Positions 1 to 10,035 of a stretch of 64,000 nt of DNA are shown here, piece by piece. Position numbers and translations under genes: made by a program. The notes beneath the pieces are model-generated. The model saw nothing but the letters and a program-made list of their open reading frames with translations, had not been told where the DNA came from and did no database searches. Origin of the DNA: Candidatus Hydrothermarchaeum profundi (lineage in GTDB: Archaea > Hydrothermarchaeota > Hydrothermarchaeia > Hydrothermarchaeales > Hydrothermarchaeaceae); NCBI GenBank assembly GCA_002011125.2, contig MTMF02000009.1:428006-492005 (forward strand), in the 5' to 3' direction. How positions within the stretch are numbered: the first letter of the stretch is position 1; every line of letters starts with the position of its first letter.

Positions 1-1
1 A

Positions 2-1333
2 GAGGTAGTATACCAGATTACGAAGGCAAGATTAATAGAGCTCGCCAAGCAGGGAGATGAAAAACTAATAACGCAACTCAAAAAGAGATTTGAAATTATA
101 AGAGGAGAAGTTACAAGAGATTTTCTGAAGCTTGACAACACACTGATAGAAAAGAAAGAAATCTACGCTTTCTATAAAAATAAGATTGAAGGCCCATTGG
201 ATAATAAAAGAGTAAAAAAATATGGTGTACCGTGGAGAACTCTTCTACCATTACTAAAGAATAAGGAAATTAAACTTTCAGACTGGTACATAAAAAATAG
301 TAACGCCATCTTAAGTCTTTTAGATATGATCGAGATTTATTCTAGATTAGTAGCACTTGAAGCTTTAGAAGAAATATCAAAAATTAGAAAACCGGGGAGA
401 AAAATAGAGATAGATAAATTAGAAAGGTTATCAAATCTTCTTTCTAGTATATCAAAGACTTCCTATAAGGTTCCCTTATCTATAGCTAAACCAGGAAAAT
501 TTGTACCAGAGAATTTTCCTCCATGTATTAAAAGTGTTTTAAACGGTGTTTCTACCGGATCTAGGAATTATGCTATAAGTGTTCTCCTCACTTCATTCTT
601 ATCTTATGCGAGAGCGGCTCCTAGTAATGTTCAAAATCCTAAAATTTCAGACTTTATAAAAGACCCCGCTATTCTTACAGAAGAAATAATGCCGCTGATA
701 TATGAGGCAGCTGAGAGATGTGAACCCCCCCTATTCGAGGACCAGCCTATAGAGAAACTGAACATTGCATACCACTTAGGTTTAGGTCTGACGGAAGAGG
801 TTAAATTGGAAAATGCTGGCGCATCTAAGTGGTACTTTCCACCAAACTGTGAGAAGATACAAAGGGATGCACCAGCACTATGTATGCCAGATGAGTTTTG
901 CGGGAAGATAAAGAATCCCTTGAATTATTATTTTTTGAAGAATAAAATATCAACCCAAAAAGAAGAAGGTGCACGCAGAGAAGTGATAGTGGGCAAGATA
1001 ATTAAAATTCATCCTATGAGTGGCCTAATAGAGCGCTGTCCTCAGTGCAGACAGCGAGTAATTAACAATAGATGTATCATTCATGGGAATATCCATGGTC
1101 AACCAGACCTAAGAATAAAGGCAACCCTTGTACAAGATAATACTCTTTTTACTCTTATATTCAATAAAGAAGTTACTGAAAATATTCTTGGTATTGATCT
1201 CGAAAAAGCTATTAAAATAGGGAGAAAAACTCTGCTAAATATCATTAAAGAGAGATTATTAGAAAATAACTTTGAGGTTAGTGGGAGGAAAGTAGGTAAA
1301 AACTTCTTGGTCCAAAGCATTAATAGCAAATAA
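2..1333 (+). CDS. priL: DNA primase large subunit PriL with a C-terminal RPA-like Zn-finger OB-fold extension (5' end lies outside the window)
   Basis: Frame is open from nt 2 (ORF track starts at TTG 197). Fe-S domain motifs FPPCI, GSRN, CEPPLF, PPNCEKI, LCxxDxxC, KNPLNYY; priS lies downstream. Confidence 0.9.
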   Translation, partial: EVVYQITKARLIELAKQGDEKLITQLKKRFEIIRGEVTRDFLKLDNTLIEKKEIYAFYKNKIEGPLDNKRVKKYGVPWRTLLPLLKNKEIKLSDWYIKNSNAILSLLDMIEIYSRLVALEALEEISKIRKPGRKIEIDKLERLSNLLSSISKTSYKVPLSIAKPGKFVPENFPPCIKSVLNGVSTGSRNYAISVLLTSFLSYARAAPSNVQNPKISDFIKDPAILTEEIMPLIYEAAERCEPPLFEDQPIEKLNIAYHLGLGLTEEVKLENAGASKWYFPPNCEKIQRDAPALCMPDEFCGKIKNPLNYYFLKNKISTQKEEGARREVIVGKIIKIHPMSGLIERCPQCRQRVINNRCIIHGNIHGQPDLRIKATLVQDNTLFTLIFNKEVTENILGIDLEKAIKIGRKTLLNIIKERLLENNFEVSGRKVGKNFLVQSINSK

Positions 1334-1446
1334 GATTAAGCCATATCGAACTACAGAAAATAGTACATCAAGTAATCTTAGGCCCGCTTAATAATTAGTT
1401 GCGTTTTAGCAAAATGGAACACAAGGAATAATTGGAGGTATAGAAA

Positions 1447-1941
1447 ACGGAAATTAAGAAAGACATAAGAATAGTCAAAAGTGCTAAAATATTCAGAAAC
1501 TGCACAGTTATTTATTTGCCGGAGGGACTAAGTGGGAGTAAAGAGAAAAAATGGATCTCGAAAATAATTGAACGGTTTGAGAAGCATCAGAGAAAGCTTA
1601 AGTTGAACGACAAATATTTAGAGAAAAGAGCTAAGGAGATTAATAAAAAGTATTTCGGAGGGAAACTGAAGATCAAATCCGTAACTTTTTCTATGAATCA
1701 AAACACGATATTTGGTAGTTGTACCCCAGATAAAGGCACGATACGTCTATCACATAAAGCTCGGAATATGCCTAAATGGGTTCTTGACTATCTTATTATA
1801 CATGAACTTGCTCATCTTATATACCATAATCACTCAAAAGCTTTCTGGAAACTTGTGAATAAATACCCCTACGCTGAGAGAGCAAAAGGATTTCTGATAG
1901 CTAAGGGAATGGAAGAGGATGCTAAGAAGAGCAACGCCTGA
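1447..1941 (+). CDS. M48/YgjP (DUF45, SprT-like) zinc metallohydrolase
   Basis: FGSC, IRLS, P.WVLDYLIIHELAHL..NHS..FW motifs. Start uncertain: ACG at 1447 after GGAGGT, or TTG at 1516. Confidence 0.8.
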   Translation, partial: TEIKKDIRIVKSAKIFRNCTVIYLPEGLSGSKEKKWISKIIERFEKHQRKLKLNDKYLEKRAKEINKKYFGGKLKIKSVTFSMNQNTIFGSCTPDKGTIRLSHKARNMPKWVLDYLIIHELAHLIYHNHSKAFWKLVNKYPYAERAKGFLIAKGMEEDAKKSNA

Positions 1942-2869
1942 AGAAAGAAAAATATATTACTTGGAGGAATGGAAGCCAGAAGACCTACCTACTTTTATAA
2001 CCGATTCACTAGAAATGAGGGAATTTGGCTTTGACTATGATGGCTCTGGTCCTAGAGATAGATACAATCGTTTTACTTCGGTGGCAGATTTAGAAGTTTT
2101 TTTACGAGAAAGGGCTCCATTTTCAGTTTACAACAGCATTTCCTACTATAATGAGCCAGAAAAAAGGAAAGGGTGGATAAAAGCTGAACTTGTCTTTGAT
2201 ATAGACGCTAAGGAAATGGCAATAAAAACTTGTTGTCTAGAAGGCCAGGTTTGTGAAGAGTGTTTAGAAAACGCAAAAAAGATTTCTATGGAAATTACCG
2301 GAATATTGAGAAAAAATTTAGGGCTAAAGAATATTTTCCATGTTTATTCTGGGCGTGGATATCATATCAGGGTATTTGACGATGACCTTATGGAGCAAGG
2401 GTCTGAGGTTCGTGCAGAGATTTTTGAATACGTCAGAGATAGGGTTTATACTCCTCCTGAGCTAATAATTAACCCTCCATCTATTATTTCCAACATGATG
2501 AGAGAAACTATAGAAAAACTAATTTCAAGCGGAACCAGAAATCTTGAAAATATCCCTGGTATTGGTTTTAAAAAAAGTAGAGAATTGTATGAGAGAAAGG
2601 ATGAAATTTTAGATGACTTGGATAGCAATAAAATAACTATTTTAAAAGAGGTTCTTGGAGAAAAATTAACTGAGAGTTTTTTGAACTATTTGTATAAGGC
2701 TCAAATAGCTATATTAGACGCTAAAGTAACAGTGGACATAAAAAGAATATTACGCCTTCCTAGCTCCCTTCATTCTACCGTTAGCATGAAGTGCATGCTG
2801 ATTAAGGACTTGAAAAGCTTTTCACCTTTCAGAGATGCCGTTCCTAGGTTTATGAAGGAGAAATCATGA
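1919..2869 (+). CDS. priS: DNA primase small (catalytic) subunit
   Basis: REFGF, ELVFDID, YSGRGYH, D.KVT.DIKRILRLP.SLH motifs; helical insert with an HhH-like IPGIG. Confidence 0.95.
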   Translation: MLRRATPEERKIYYLEEWKPEDLPTFITDSLEMREFGFDYDGSGPRDRYNRFTSVADLEVFLRERAPFSVYNSISYYNEPEKRKGWIKAELVFDIDAKEMAIKTCCLEGQVCEECLENAKKISMEITGILRKNLGLKNIFHVYSGRGYHIRVFDDDLMEQGSEVRAEIFEYVRDRVYTPPELIINPPSIISNMMRETIEKLISSGTRNLENIPGIGFKKSRELYERKDEILDDLDSNKITILKEVLGEKLTESFLNYLYKAQIAILDAKVTVDIKRILRLPSSLHSTVSMKCMLIKDLKSFSPFRDAVPRFMKEKS

Positions 2870-3807
2870 ACGAAAAAATATTTAAGAGAGATAGCAAAAC
2901 CATCTTATCATTTCTTTTTGCCTTCGCCATCCTTTATCTCCTTATTACTAGAGCAAACTTGAGAGAAACCGTTAGAATAATCTCTAACGCTGACTTAATA
3001 CTTTATCTACTAGCGATCCTATATTTATTTCCCTCTTTTTTAATTCGTAGTTACCGCTGGAAAATCCTATTAGAGAATGTTAGATATACCGGAAAATTAA
3101 GGGACCTGAATGAAGTAGTTGTACTTTCATTTTTCGTTAACTGCATAGTACCCGCCAAAGTAGGGGATATCTACCGTTGCTATTTAATGAAGAAAAACTT
3201 TCAACAATCTATCTCAAAGGTTCTTGGTACTGTATTCGTTGAACGAAGTCTTGACACCATCGGAATAAGTGTTATCTTTCTGTTATCTGCCTTTATGAGC
3301 TTTAGAGTAATACCGGGCAATGTATTGAGGTTAATGGAATTTGGAGTAATTATAACAGTACTATTTATATTGCTGCTTATCTTGCTGAAATACCAAAACA
3401 CCAAAATTGCAAAGTTTATGCCTGGCAAGTCTAGCGAACTTATGCTTAGGTTTGGAGAAGGTGCTTCTGGATCCTTAAAAAGCTCTTCTCTGCCTATGAT
3501 ATCTATAACAACTATCTTCCTCTGGTTACTAGAAGGAGGCAGGTTATTTCTAGTTATGAAATCAATAGGTCTAATTTTACCTTTCGCTATGATACTATTT
3601 GTAGCATTGGCCTCCGCACTAGCTACGGCCTTCCCTCTCACACCTGCCGGACTCGGAGCTGTAGAGCTAGTAATGGCCGGTTTACTTATATTAGTCGGGA
3701 TTAACAAAGATATGGCTGTTTCTGTTGCAATTATGGACCGATTTATAAGCTATTGGTGTATCCTTATTTTAGGAGGGATTATCTATGCCCTCAGTTCTAA
3801 GACATGA
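2866..3807 (+). CDS. UPF0104 / lysylphosphatidylglycerol synthase-like flippase membrane protein
   Basis: R..RW, N.IVPAKVGDIYR, ERSLD, TPAGLGAVE motifs; multiple TM segments. Confidence 0.85.
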   Translation: MNEKIFKRDSKTILSFLFAFAILYLLITRANLRETVRIISNADLILYLLAILYLFPSFLIRSYRWKILLENVRYTGKLRDLNEVVVLSFFVNCIVPAKVGDIYRCYLMKKNFQQSISKVLGTVFVERSLDTIGISVIFLLSAFMSFRVIPGNVLRLMEFGVIITVLFILLLILLKYQNTKIAKFMPGKSSELMLRFGEGASGSLKSSSLPMISITTIFLWLLEGGRLFLVMKSIGLILPFAMILFVALASALATAFPLTPAGLGAVELVMAGLLILVGINKDMAVSVAIMDRFISYWCILILGGIIYALSSKT

Positions 3808-5392
3808 TATAGCTATTATATCTGCTTTATCCATTATCGGAATAACGCCGCTATTAAAACCTGGATTTTTCGCCTCACATGATATGGCCGCTCCATTATA
3901 TCGCTTATTGGAACTGGATATTTGCCTTAAGTCAGGTGATATCTTTCCTAGGTGGTTTCCAGACCTCTATGGAGGACGAGGAGGTATGTTCTTTAATTTT
4001 TATGCACCTTTATCATATTACGTTGCAGAACTCTTTCATATACTTGGTATAGGCTATATTAACTCGATAAAAGCGGTATATCTTCTTTCTTTCGTTTTCT
4101 CTGGAGTTTTTATGTATCTCTTCGCCCTGGAAAAGACTTCTAGACACGGCGCATTGATTGCGGCAACATTATACATGTATGCTCCATATAGATTTACAGA
4201 TGTTTTTATTAGAGGGGACCTAGCCGAAGCATTTTCTTTTGTTTTCCTACCAATGATTTTGCTATCTATCGAGAGGCTCTCAAAAAATAGCAAAATAGAG
4301 AATATACTTCTATTCGGGTTTTCATATGCAGGATTAATATTAACCCACAATATCACTGCACTTATATTTTCATATTTTATGGTGCCGTATATTATATACG
4401 TCGCTTATAGGAATGTCTTGCTTTATAGAGACATTTTCATTTCTATTATCCTTGCGTTTTCACTTTCAGCCTTTTTTTGGCTCCCTGCAATTGTAGAGAA
4501 AAAGTATGTGAATATCGAAAATGCTATTTTCACTTTTAGTTTTATAGAGTTAAAGAAACTCCTTCCAACGCTCACAAGTTATACCAGTAATCAAGGAGAG
4601 ATGGCTTTTCAGCTGGGCGTATTCCATCTTGCATTTATTTTGATTGCTTTAACCTATTTAAATGAGAAATACGTGAAGTTTATTTTTGCTAATTTAATAG
4701 CTGCTATTTTTATGCTTACCCCTTATTCAACGCCACTTTGGAAAGTCTTACCTCTCACTCAGTATACTCAATTCTCTTGGAGGCTCTTAACTATTACAAC
4801 TCTGCTTGTATCACTCTTAGGAGGGTTATCTACTAAGAGATTTAATCTTTCAGATGCTAGGGTAGCAATTTTATGCCTCGCTATAACGCTTTCATCAATA
4901 AATTTCATCGGGTATTCTGAAAGTCTATCCTTATCAGACGAAGAAATTAATAGGGTAGAGCTACGGAATTTAAACACGGGCTTAACTTATGGGCACGAGT
5001 ATCTTCCTCTAGATGCGGAAATAATCGAGAAACCTATGAGCGAAAAAATTGCACTGCTTGAAGGAAATATCTCGATAAAGGAACTCAAAGAGGATTGTGA
5101 AAAAATATCTTTTAATACGATAGCAAAAGAAGACTCCTTATTACTCATAAACACTTATTGGTTCCCTGGTTGGAGCGTTAAACTTAATGGAGAAAAAATT
5201 AATATTCAAAGCAAAGATGGCTTAATGTTAATCAGAATACCAAAAGGGGAATCCGACGTACTTGTAAAATTTGAGGAAACACGAGTTAGAAAAGTATCTA
5301 ACATAATTTCTATTCTATCTTTTATGACTGCAATAGTGGTTATCTTACGAAAGGGGATAAAGAGTCTAAAGGCATCCAGACTTCCCCATTAA
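3785..5392 (+). CDS. GT-C-fold membrane glycosyltransferase-like protein (PTPS-related/YfhO family)
   Basis: SHD, PRW.PDLYGG.G..FFNFYAPL, RGDLAE, QFSWR, EYLP, WFPGW motifs; many TM segments. Confidence 0.75.
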   Translation: MPSVLRHDIAIISALSIIGITPLLKPGFFASHDMAAPLYRLLELDICLKSGDIFPRWFPDLYGGRGGMFFNFYAPLSYYVAELFHILGIGYINSIKAVYLLSFVFSGVFMYLFALEKTSRHGALIAATLYMYAPYRFTDVFIRGDLAEAFSFVFLPMILLSIERLSKNSKIENILLFGFSYAGLILTHNITALIFSYFMVPYIIYVAYRNVLLYRDIFISIILAFSLSAFFWLPAIVEKKYVNIENAIFTFSFIELKKLLPTLTSYTSNQGEMAFQLGVFHLAFILIALTYLNEKYVKFIFANLIAAIFMLTPYSTPLWKVLPLTQYTQFSWRLLTITTLLVSLLGGLSTKRFNLSDARVAILCLAITLSSINFIGYSESLSLSDEEINRVELRNLNTGLTYGHEYLPLDAEIIEKPMSEKIALLEGNISIKELKEDCEKISFNTIAKEDSLLLINTYWFPGWSVKLNGEKINIQSKDGLMLIRIPKGESDVLVKFEETRVRKVSNIISILSFMTAIVVILRKGIKSLKASRLPH

Positions 5393-6443
5393 TAATGAGA
5401 GCTTGATAGAAGTAATATTGAGACAAAACCGCATATAAGAAGACGCATACCAAAATTAAGCCTTTCCCACGATATCCGAATAAATCCGAAATCATTAACC
5501 CGCTCAAAATAGCGAGAGGTTGAGCTACATATTCAATAAACCTATCAGGAAAGAAAATCAACATAGGAATCAATCCTATCCCCCAGAAAACGGTGAGTTT
5601 ACCTAATCTATCAGGCTTCTTAAATCCCATATGAATAATCAAGATTATTGTAAGAATGAAAAGAGGATATCCTAGATATTTTATCGCAAAGAGAGGTTCT
5701 GTGATAACTCCTAACTCCTGGGGTTCATTAATCCCGCCAGTCTCCGGTATGAAGACTTCAGCTTTTATCAATGCTGGAGTATAGTATAACATGAGAAGTA
5801 TTAGGGGCAAACATGCTAATAAAATTGAGTAAAAGATCTTTAGGCGTTCTTTCTCGTAGAGATAGGTATAGGCTAATAAGGATATCACGAACAATCCCGA
5901 ATACAACCAATGAGAATATAAGAGATAGGAACTAATAGCAATAAAAATAGAGTTCTTTTTTTCTGTATAAAATAAAATCGCCATCGGAAACAGCAAAAGA
6001 TCAACTGCTTGAGGAATAACTTGGGCTCCTCTATCCCAGAAAGCAGGACTCGTAGCTAAGATTAGTACGCTTATAACAGCCGTAAGAGTGTCTTTTTTTT
6101 TATAAACTAGATAAAATGTGGTTAATAAAATCGATGGAAACAAAATTACTTGAAGTATATTTGCTACATCAATTAAGCCTACTAGAGGGGCTAAGGATAA
6201 GGCTGCTAATGTAAGATGGAAGGCTGGTGGATAAGGGAATAACCCTTTACTAAAATATCGGTCATCAAAAAGAGGTACATCTAAATTTAACCAGCCTTGT
6301 GAAAGCCGTAAGTGAAGCGATATATCACTCCCGCTAGGATATTTATATTTTACAACATATGCAACCCCTCCTGCTAATATTAGGCTAATTGTTAATATAA
6401 AAAATACGAGAGCAATTTTATCCAAATCCCTATTTATTTTCAT
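5340..6443 (-). CDS. Multi-pass membrane protein, probable GT-C glycosyltransferase
   Basis: Early D..H luminal loop, YPPAFH motif, about 10 TM segments; convergent with the other GT-C gene. Confidence 0.55.
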   Translation of the reverse strand: MKINRDLDKIALVFFILTISLILAGGVAYVVKYKYPSGSDISLHLRLSQGWLNLDVPLFDDRYFSKGLFPYPPAFHLTLAALSLAPLVGLIDVANILQVILFPSILLTTFYLVYKKKDTLTAVISVLILATSPAFWDRGAQVIPQAVDLLLFPMAILFYTEKKNSIFIAISSYLLYSHWLYSGLFVISLLAYTYLYEKERLKIFYSILLACLPLILLMLYYTPALIKAEVFIPETGGINEPQELGVITEPLFAIKYLGYPLFILTIILIIHMGFKKPDRLGKLTVFWGIGLIPMLIFFPDRFIEYVAQPLAILSGLMISDLFGYRGKGLILVCVFLYAVLSQYYFYQALIINGEVWMPLDSLSPFVR

Positions 6444-6451
6444 TTATGTCC

Positions 6452-7264
6452 TCAAAAATTATCTTTAACGTATTTTACCATGTTCTCAAATATCACATAA
6501 CCGTCTCCATAACCTTTTAAGCCCTTTCTCGTCCAATCAGGATAAGTAATCCAATGAAACGCCCTTTCAGGATGAGGCATCATTCCAAGTATCAAACCAG
6601 AAGGATCACATATCCCAGCGATATCGAATATCGAACCATTAGGATTATGAGGATACTTTCCTAACGCTGGAGTTCCATCTTCATATGAATACCTAAAAAC
6701 AATTTGATCGTTTCTCTTTAGTCTGTCTAAATATTCTTCTTCAAGTCCCAAGGGTAGAATAAGCTTTCCTTCCCCATGCGCAACAGGCATCCTTAAAACT
6801 TTTTTGAGATTCCTAGTAAAAATACAATTTCCACGGTTTTCATTAACTAAATATACCCATCGATCTTCAAATCTTGAGGAAGAATTAGTTCCTAATGCAA
6901 CCTCTTGCTCTTCCTTGAACCCTGGAAGCATACCTGCTTCAACAAGTACTTGAAATCCATTACATATACCGAGGATCGGTTTCTCTTCCTCAACGAATTT
7001 TTTTATTTCATTCCCAATCTTCTTCATAAGTGTTTTACCCATTATAGCCCCAGATCTCACTCGGTCACCATAAGAAAATCCTCCAGGAATTACTAAACCA
7101 TGATAATCAAGCAGACTCCTTTCTCCTTTTATAAGCTTGTTAATATGTAGAATCTCGGCGGTACATCTAAAGTGCTCTAAGGAAACTTTAGTTTCTATAT
7201 CGCAGTTAGTACCAGGTCCTCTTAAAACGCAAAATTTTATATCCCTCATAACCCTCCCTGCCAT
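6452..7264 (-). CDS. purQ: FGAM synthase glutaminase subunit
   Basis: PGTNCD, PGGFSYGD, GICNGFQ, AHGEG, MMPHPER motifs. Confidence 0.97.
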   Translation of the reverse strand: MAGRVMRDIKFCVLRGPGTNCDIETKVSLEHFRCTAEILHINKLIKGERSLLDYHGLVIPGGFSYGDRVRSGAIMGKTLMKKIGNEIKKFVEEEKPILGICNGFQVLVEAGMLPGFKEEQEVALGTNSSSRFEDRWVYLVNENRGNCIFTRNLKKVLRMPVAHGEGKLILPLGLEEEYLDRLKRNDQIVFRYSYEDGTPALGKYPHNPNGSIFDIAGICDPSGLILGMMPHPERAFHWITYPDWTRKGLKGYGDGYVIFENMVKYVKDNF

Positions 7265-9579
7265 GCTTTTCTTAAATCATCAATAGTAGACGAAATAAGT
7301 TTTCTACTACTAGCATAAACTATTAGCTCGTCTGATTCGGTTGTGACTCCGATCTCACTGTAGGGACATCCATTAAACAATTCTTCGAATGCGTCTTTAT
7401 TCTTTTCAGCGACTTCTACTAAAAATCTACTATTAGACTCCGAGAATAGTATATGATCACTTCGGAGTTTCCCTCTGACAAGCACTCTCTCTAAATCTAT
7501 CTCTAAACCTATATTTCCTCCAATAGCCATTTCTGCAGCTGCTACCGCCAAACCCCCCTCTGATAAATCATGACATGACAAAATTAGCCCCTTGTCCATC
7601 GCCCTAATTAAGGTATCGATCTGTATCTTTGCTCTAAGAGCATCCACTTTTGGTACAGAATTCCCCAAATAACCATGGACCTTATAGTAATGAGAACCCC
7701 CAAGTTCATCAAATGTCAAACCAATTATATATACCAAACTATTTTTTTCTTTTAAATCCATACTTACAGCTTTCCTCACATCCGGTAATATCCCAATAGC
7801 CGAAATAAGAAGAGTTGGAGTTACAGGTCCTGCCGATGACTCATTATACAAGCTGTCCTTCCCAGATATGAAAGGAGTCTCGAACGCCTTTGCAATATCA
7901 TAACAAGCTTGAGCTGCTCTAACTAGTCCACCCATATTCTCAGGCTTCTCTGGATTCCCCCAGCAAAAATTGTCCAATAATGCTATTCTTCTACCACCCA
8001 CCGCTACATTATTCCGTATAGCTTCATCTATAGCTGACGCCGCCATCCAATATGGGTCTATTTTCCCGTACTCTGGATTTATCCCATTTGAGATAACTAT
8101 ACCTTTCCAAGAATTGTATAAAGGCTTTAGAACTGCCGCATCGCTAGGAGCATCATTATATACCCCTTGTAAAGGTTTTAAGACAGTCATTGCTTTAACT
8201 TCGTGGTCATACGTCCTTATCACAGATTCTTTGCTCACAACATTAGGAGAAGATAAAATTTTCAAGAGATCAAGAGTTAGATCATCTGGCATAGAGAACT
8301 TTGCTTCTGGATGCCTCCTCTCCTTCCACACCGCCTTTCTAACAGCTTTTATTTCATTAAAAAGGAAAGACACATCTATCTGGCCCACTAGCTCCCCTTT
8401 ATAGTAGATGTTAAGCTTATTTTCTCTAATGAATTCTCCGATAGGAGTAGCTTCCACGTTTTCATCACTAAAAATCTCCAAAACTTCTTCTAAATTTTCC
8501 TTTGGTACGCAAAGAAGCATTCTTTCCTGCGATTCTGAGACCCATATCTCCCAAGGACTCATTTTAGGATACTTGAGAGGTACTTTATCTAGCTCGACTA
8601 TCGCTCCACAGTTAAATAGGCGAGCTAGTTCTCCCACAGCAGAAGAAAGCCCTCCTCCCCCTAAGTCGGTTATAGCACTGCCTAATTGTCTATTCCTTAC
8701 CTCTATTATTCCTCTCTTTATCTTTTCTTCTTCGATTGGATCACCTATCTGAACTGCTGTCCCAAATGTCTCCTCGGCTTCTTCATGCAGTTCTGTAGAA
8801 GCAAAAGTAACACCATGGATTCCGTCTCTACCGGTTTTACCACCAACTAATACTAAAATGTCTCCAGGCTTTCCTTTCCTTACATATTTACTTTTTGGGA
8901 CAAGGCCTACAGTCCCGCAAAAGACCAAAGGATTAGTAACATAACTCTCATCAAATAATATTGCTCCATTAACAGTTGGTATCCCCATGTTATTTCCATA
9001 TGCTCCAATACCCAGTATAACGTACTTTGATATAAATCTTGGATGTTTTGTACCTTTTGGTAGTTTATGATAAGGGAAATCCTGAGGTCCAAAACATAGG
9101 ACATCTGTGTTAGCAATAGGCTCTCCCCACACTCCTAATATGTCTCTTATAACACCTCCAACTCCCGTTGCCGCACCTCCAAAAGGCTCAATAGCTGATG
9201 GATGATTATGAGTTTCTACTTTAAATGCTACCCCTATATCCCCTTCAAAATCCACAATGCCTGCGTTGTCCTCGAAAACTGAAAAACACCACTCACAGTT
9301 GAGTTCTTTAGTGACTCTAGCGATTGTACTTTTTAGAAGATTGTTAATTTTACCCTCCTTCGTCAAAATTTCTCCCTTAAAAGTCTTGTGTACGCAGTGC
9401 TCACTCCAAGTTTGAGCGAATGTTTCTAATTCCACATCAGTTGGGTCTCTGCCTAGCGATGAAAAATAGGACTGTATTGCCTTCATCTCTTCTAAATTCA
9501 AGGAAAGTTGCCTTTTTTCACTGATTTCCAAAAGCTGATTTGCATCTATACCAATTAGTTTTACTCTCATTTTTTCCAC
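7246..9579 (-). CDS. purL: FGAM synthase synthetase subunit
   Basis: WSEHC.HK, ETHNHPS, GGAATGVGG, SESQERM, SGKDSLYN motifs. Confidence 0.97.
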   Translation of the reverse strand: MEKMRVKLIGIDANQLLEISEKRQLSLNLEEMKAIQSYFSSLGRDPTDVELETFAQTWSEHCVHKTFKGEILTKEGKINNLLKSTIARVTKELNCEWCFSVFEDNAGIVDFEGDIGVAFKVETHNHPSAIEPFGGAATGVGGVIRDILGVWGEPIANTDVLCFGPQDFPYHKLPKGTKHPRFISKYVILGIGAYGNNMGIPTVNGAILFDESYVTNPLVFCGTVGLVPKSKYVRKGKPGDILVLVGGKTGRDGIHGVTFASTELHEEAEETFGTAVQIGDPIEEEKIKRGIIEVRNRQLGSAITDLGGGGLSSAVGELARLFNCGAIVELDKVPLKYPKMSPWEIWVSESQERMLLCVPKENLEEVLEIFSDENVEATPIGEFIRENKLNIYYKGELVGQIDVSFLFNEIKAVRKAVWKERRHPEAKFSMPDDLTLDLLKILSSPNVVSKESVIRTYDHEVKAMTVLKPLQGVYNDAPSDAAVLKPLYNSWKGIVISNGINPEYGKIDPYWMAASAIDEAIRNNVAVGGRRIALLDNFCWGNPEKPENMGGLVRAAQACYDIAKAFETPFISGKDSLYNESSAGPVTPTLLISAIGILPDVRKAVSMDLKEKNSLVYIIGLTFDELGGSHYYKVHGYLGNSVPKVDALRAKIQIDTLIRAMDKGLILSCHDLSEGGLAVAAAEMAIGGNIGLEIDLERVLVRGKLRSDHILFSESNSRFLVEVAEKNKDAFEELFNGCPYSEIGVTTESDELIVYASSRKLISSTIDDLRKAWQGGL

Positions 9580-9664
9580 TTTTAAGTAATTTTAAAGAAA
9601 ATCGCATTACCTTAAGGAAGTTTTTACCGGTAAAGGATACTGATTGTTTTTTAAAAACACTGGT

Positions 9665-9919
9665 TCACCTCGAACTATGCTGTTTAACTTCCCTGATTTC
9701 ATAGTCCTGACTAATCGGGTTTGCTAAAAGACGTTTACACATTTCCTCTATTTGCTGGAGATCATAGTCGCTTTTAATCACATATAGCTTAGCACTGCGG
9801 ACTTCTTCAACTTTTTCAAATCCCAATGCCCTCAGTCCTTCAAGTGTCGACTCCCCTTCCGGATCTTGTACTCCCGGTTTATAAGAAATCCTAACTTCAT
9901 ATATCATGTTAATACACAT
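9665..9919 (-). CDS. purS: FGAM synthase subunit PurS
   Basis: KPGVQDPEG and LLANP motifs; upstream of purL; real start is probably ATG at 9907. Confidence 0.95.
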   Translation of the reverse strand: MCINMIYEVRISYKPGVQDPEGESTLEGLRALGFEKVEEVRSAKLYVIKSDYDLQQIEEMCKRLLANPISQDYEIREVKQHSSR

Positions 9920-10035
9920 ATGGTCCTTAAAAAATTACAATATATTTAATTTTTGATTATCTGATATTTATAAAATCCTGAAATGATGTTTAAAATATAA
10001 AACAGATGATAGTGTTAAAAAAGTAAAATAGTAGC

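Noticed and set aside
2480-2700. HhH-containing insert in PriS as a novel fusion
   Set aside because: A variable helical domain at this position is normal in euryarchaeal PriS.
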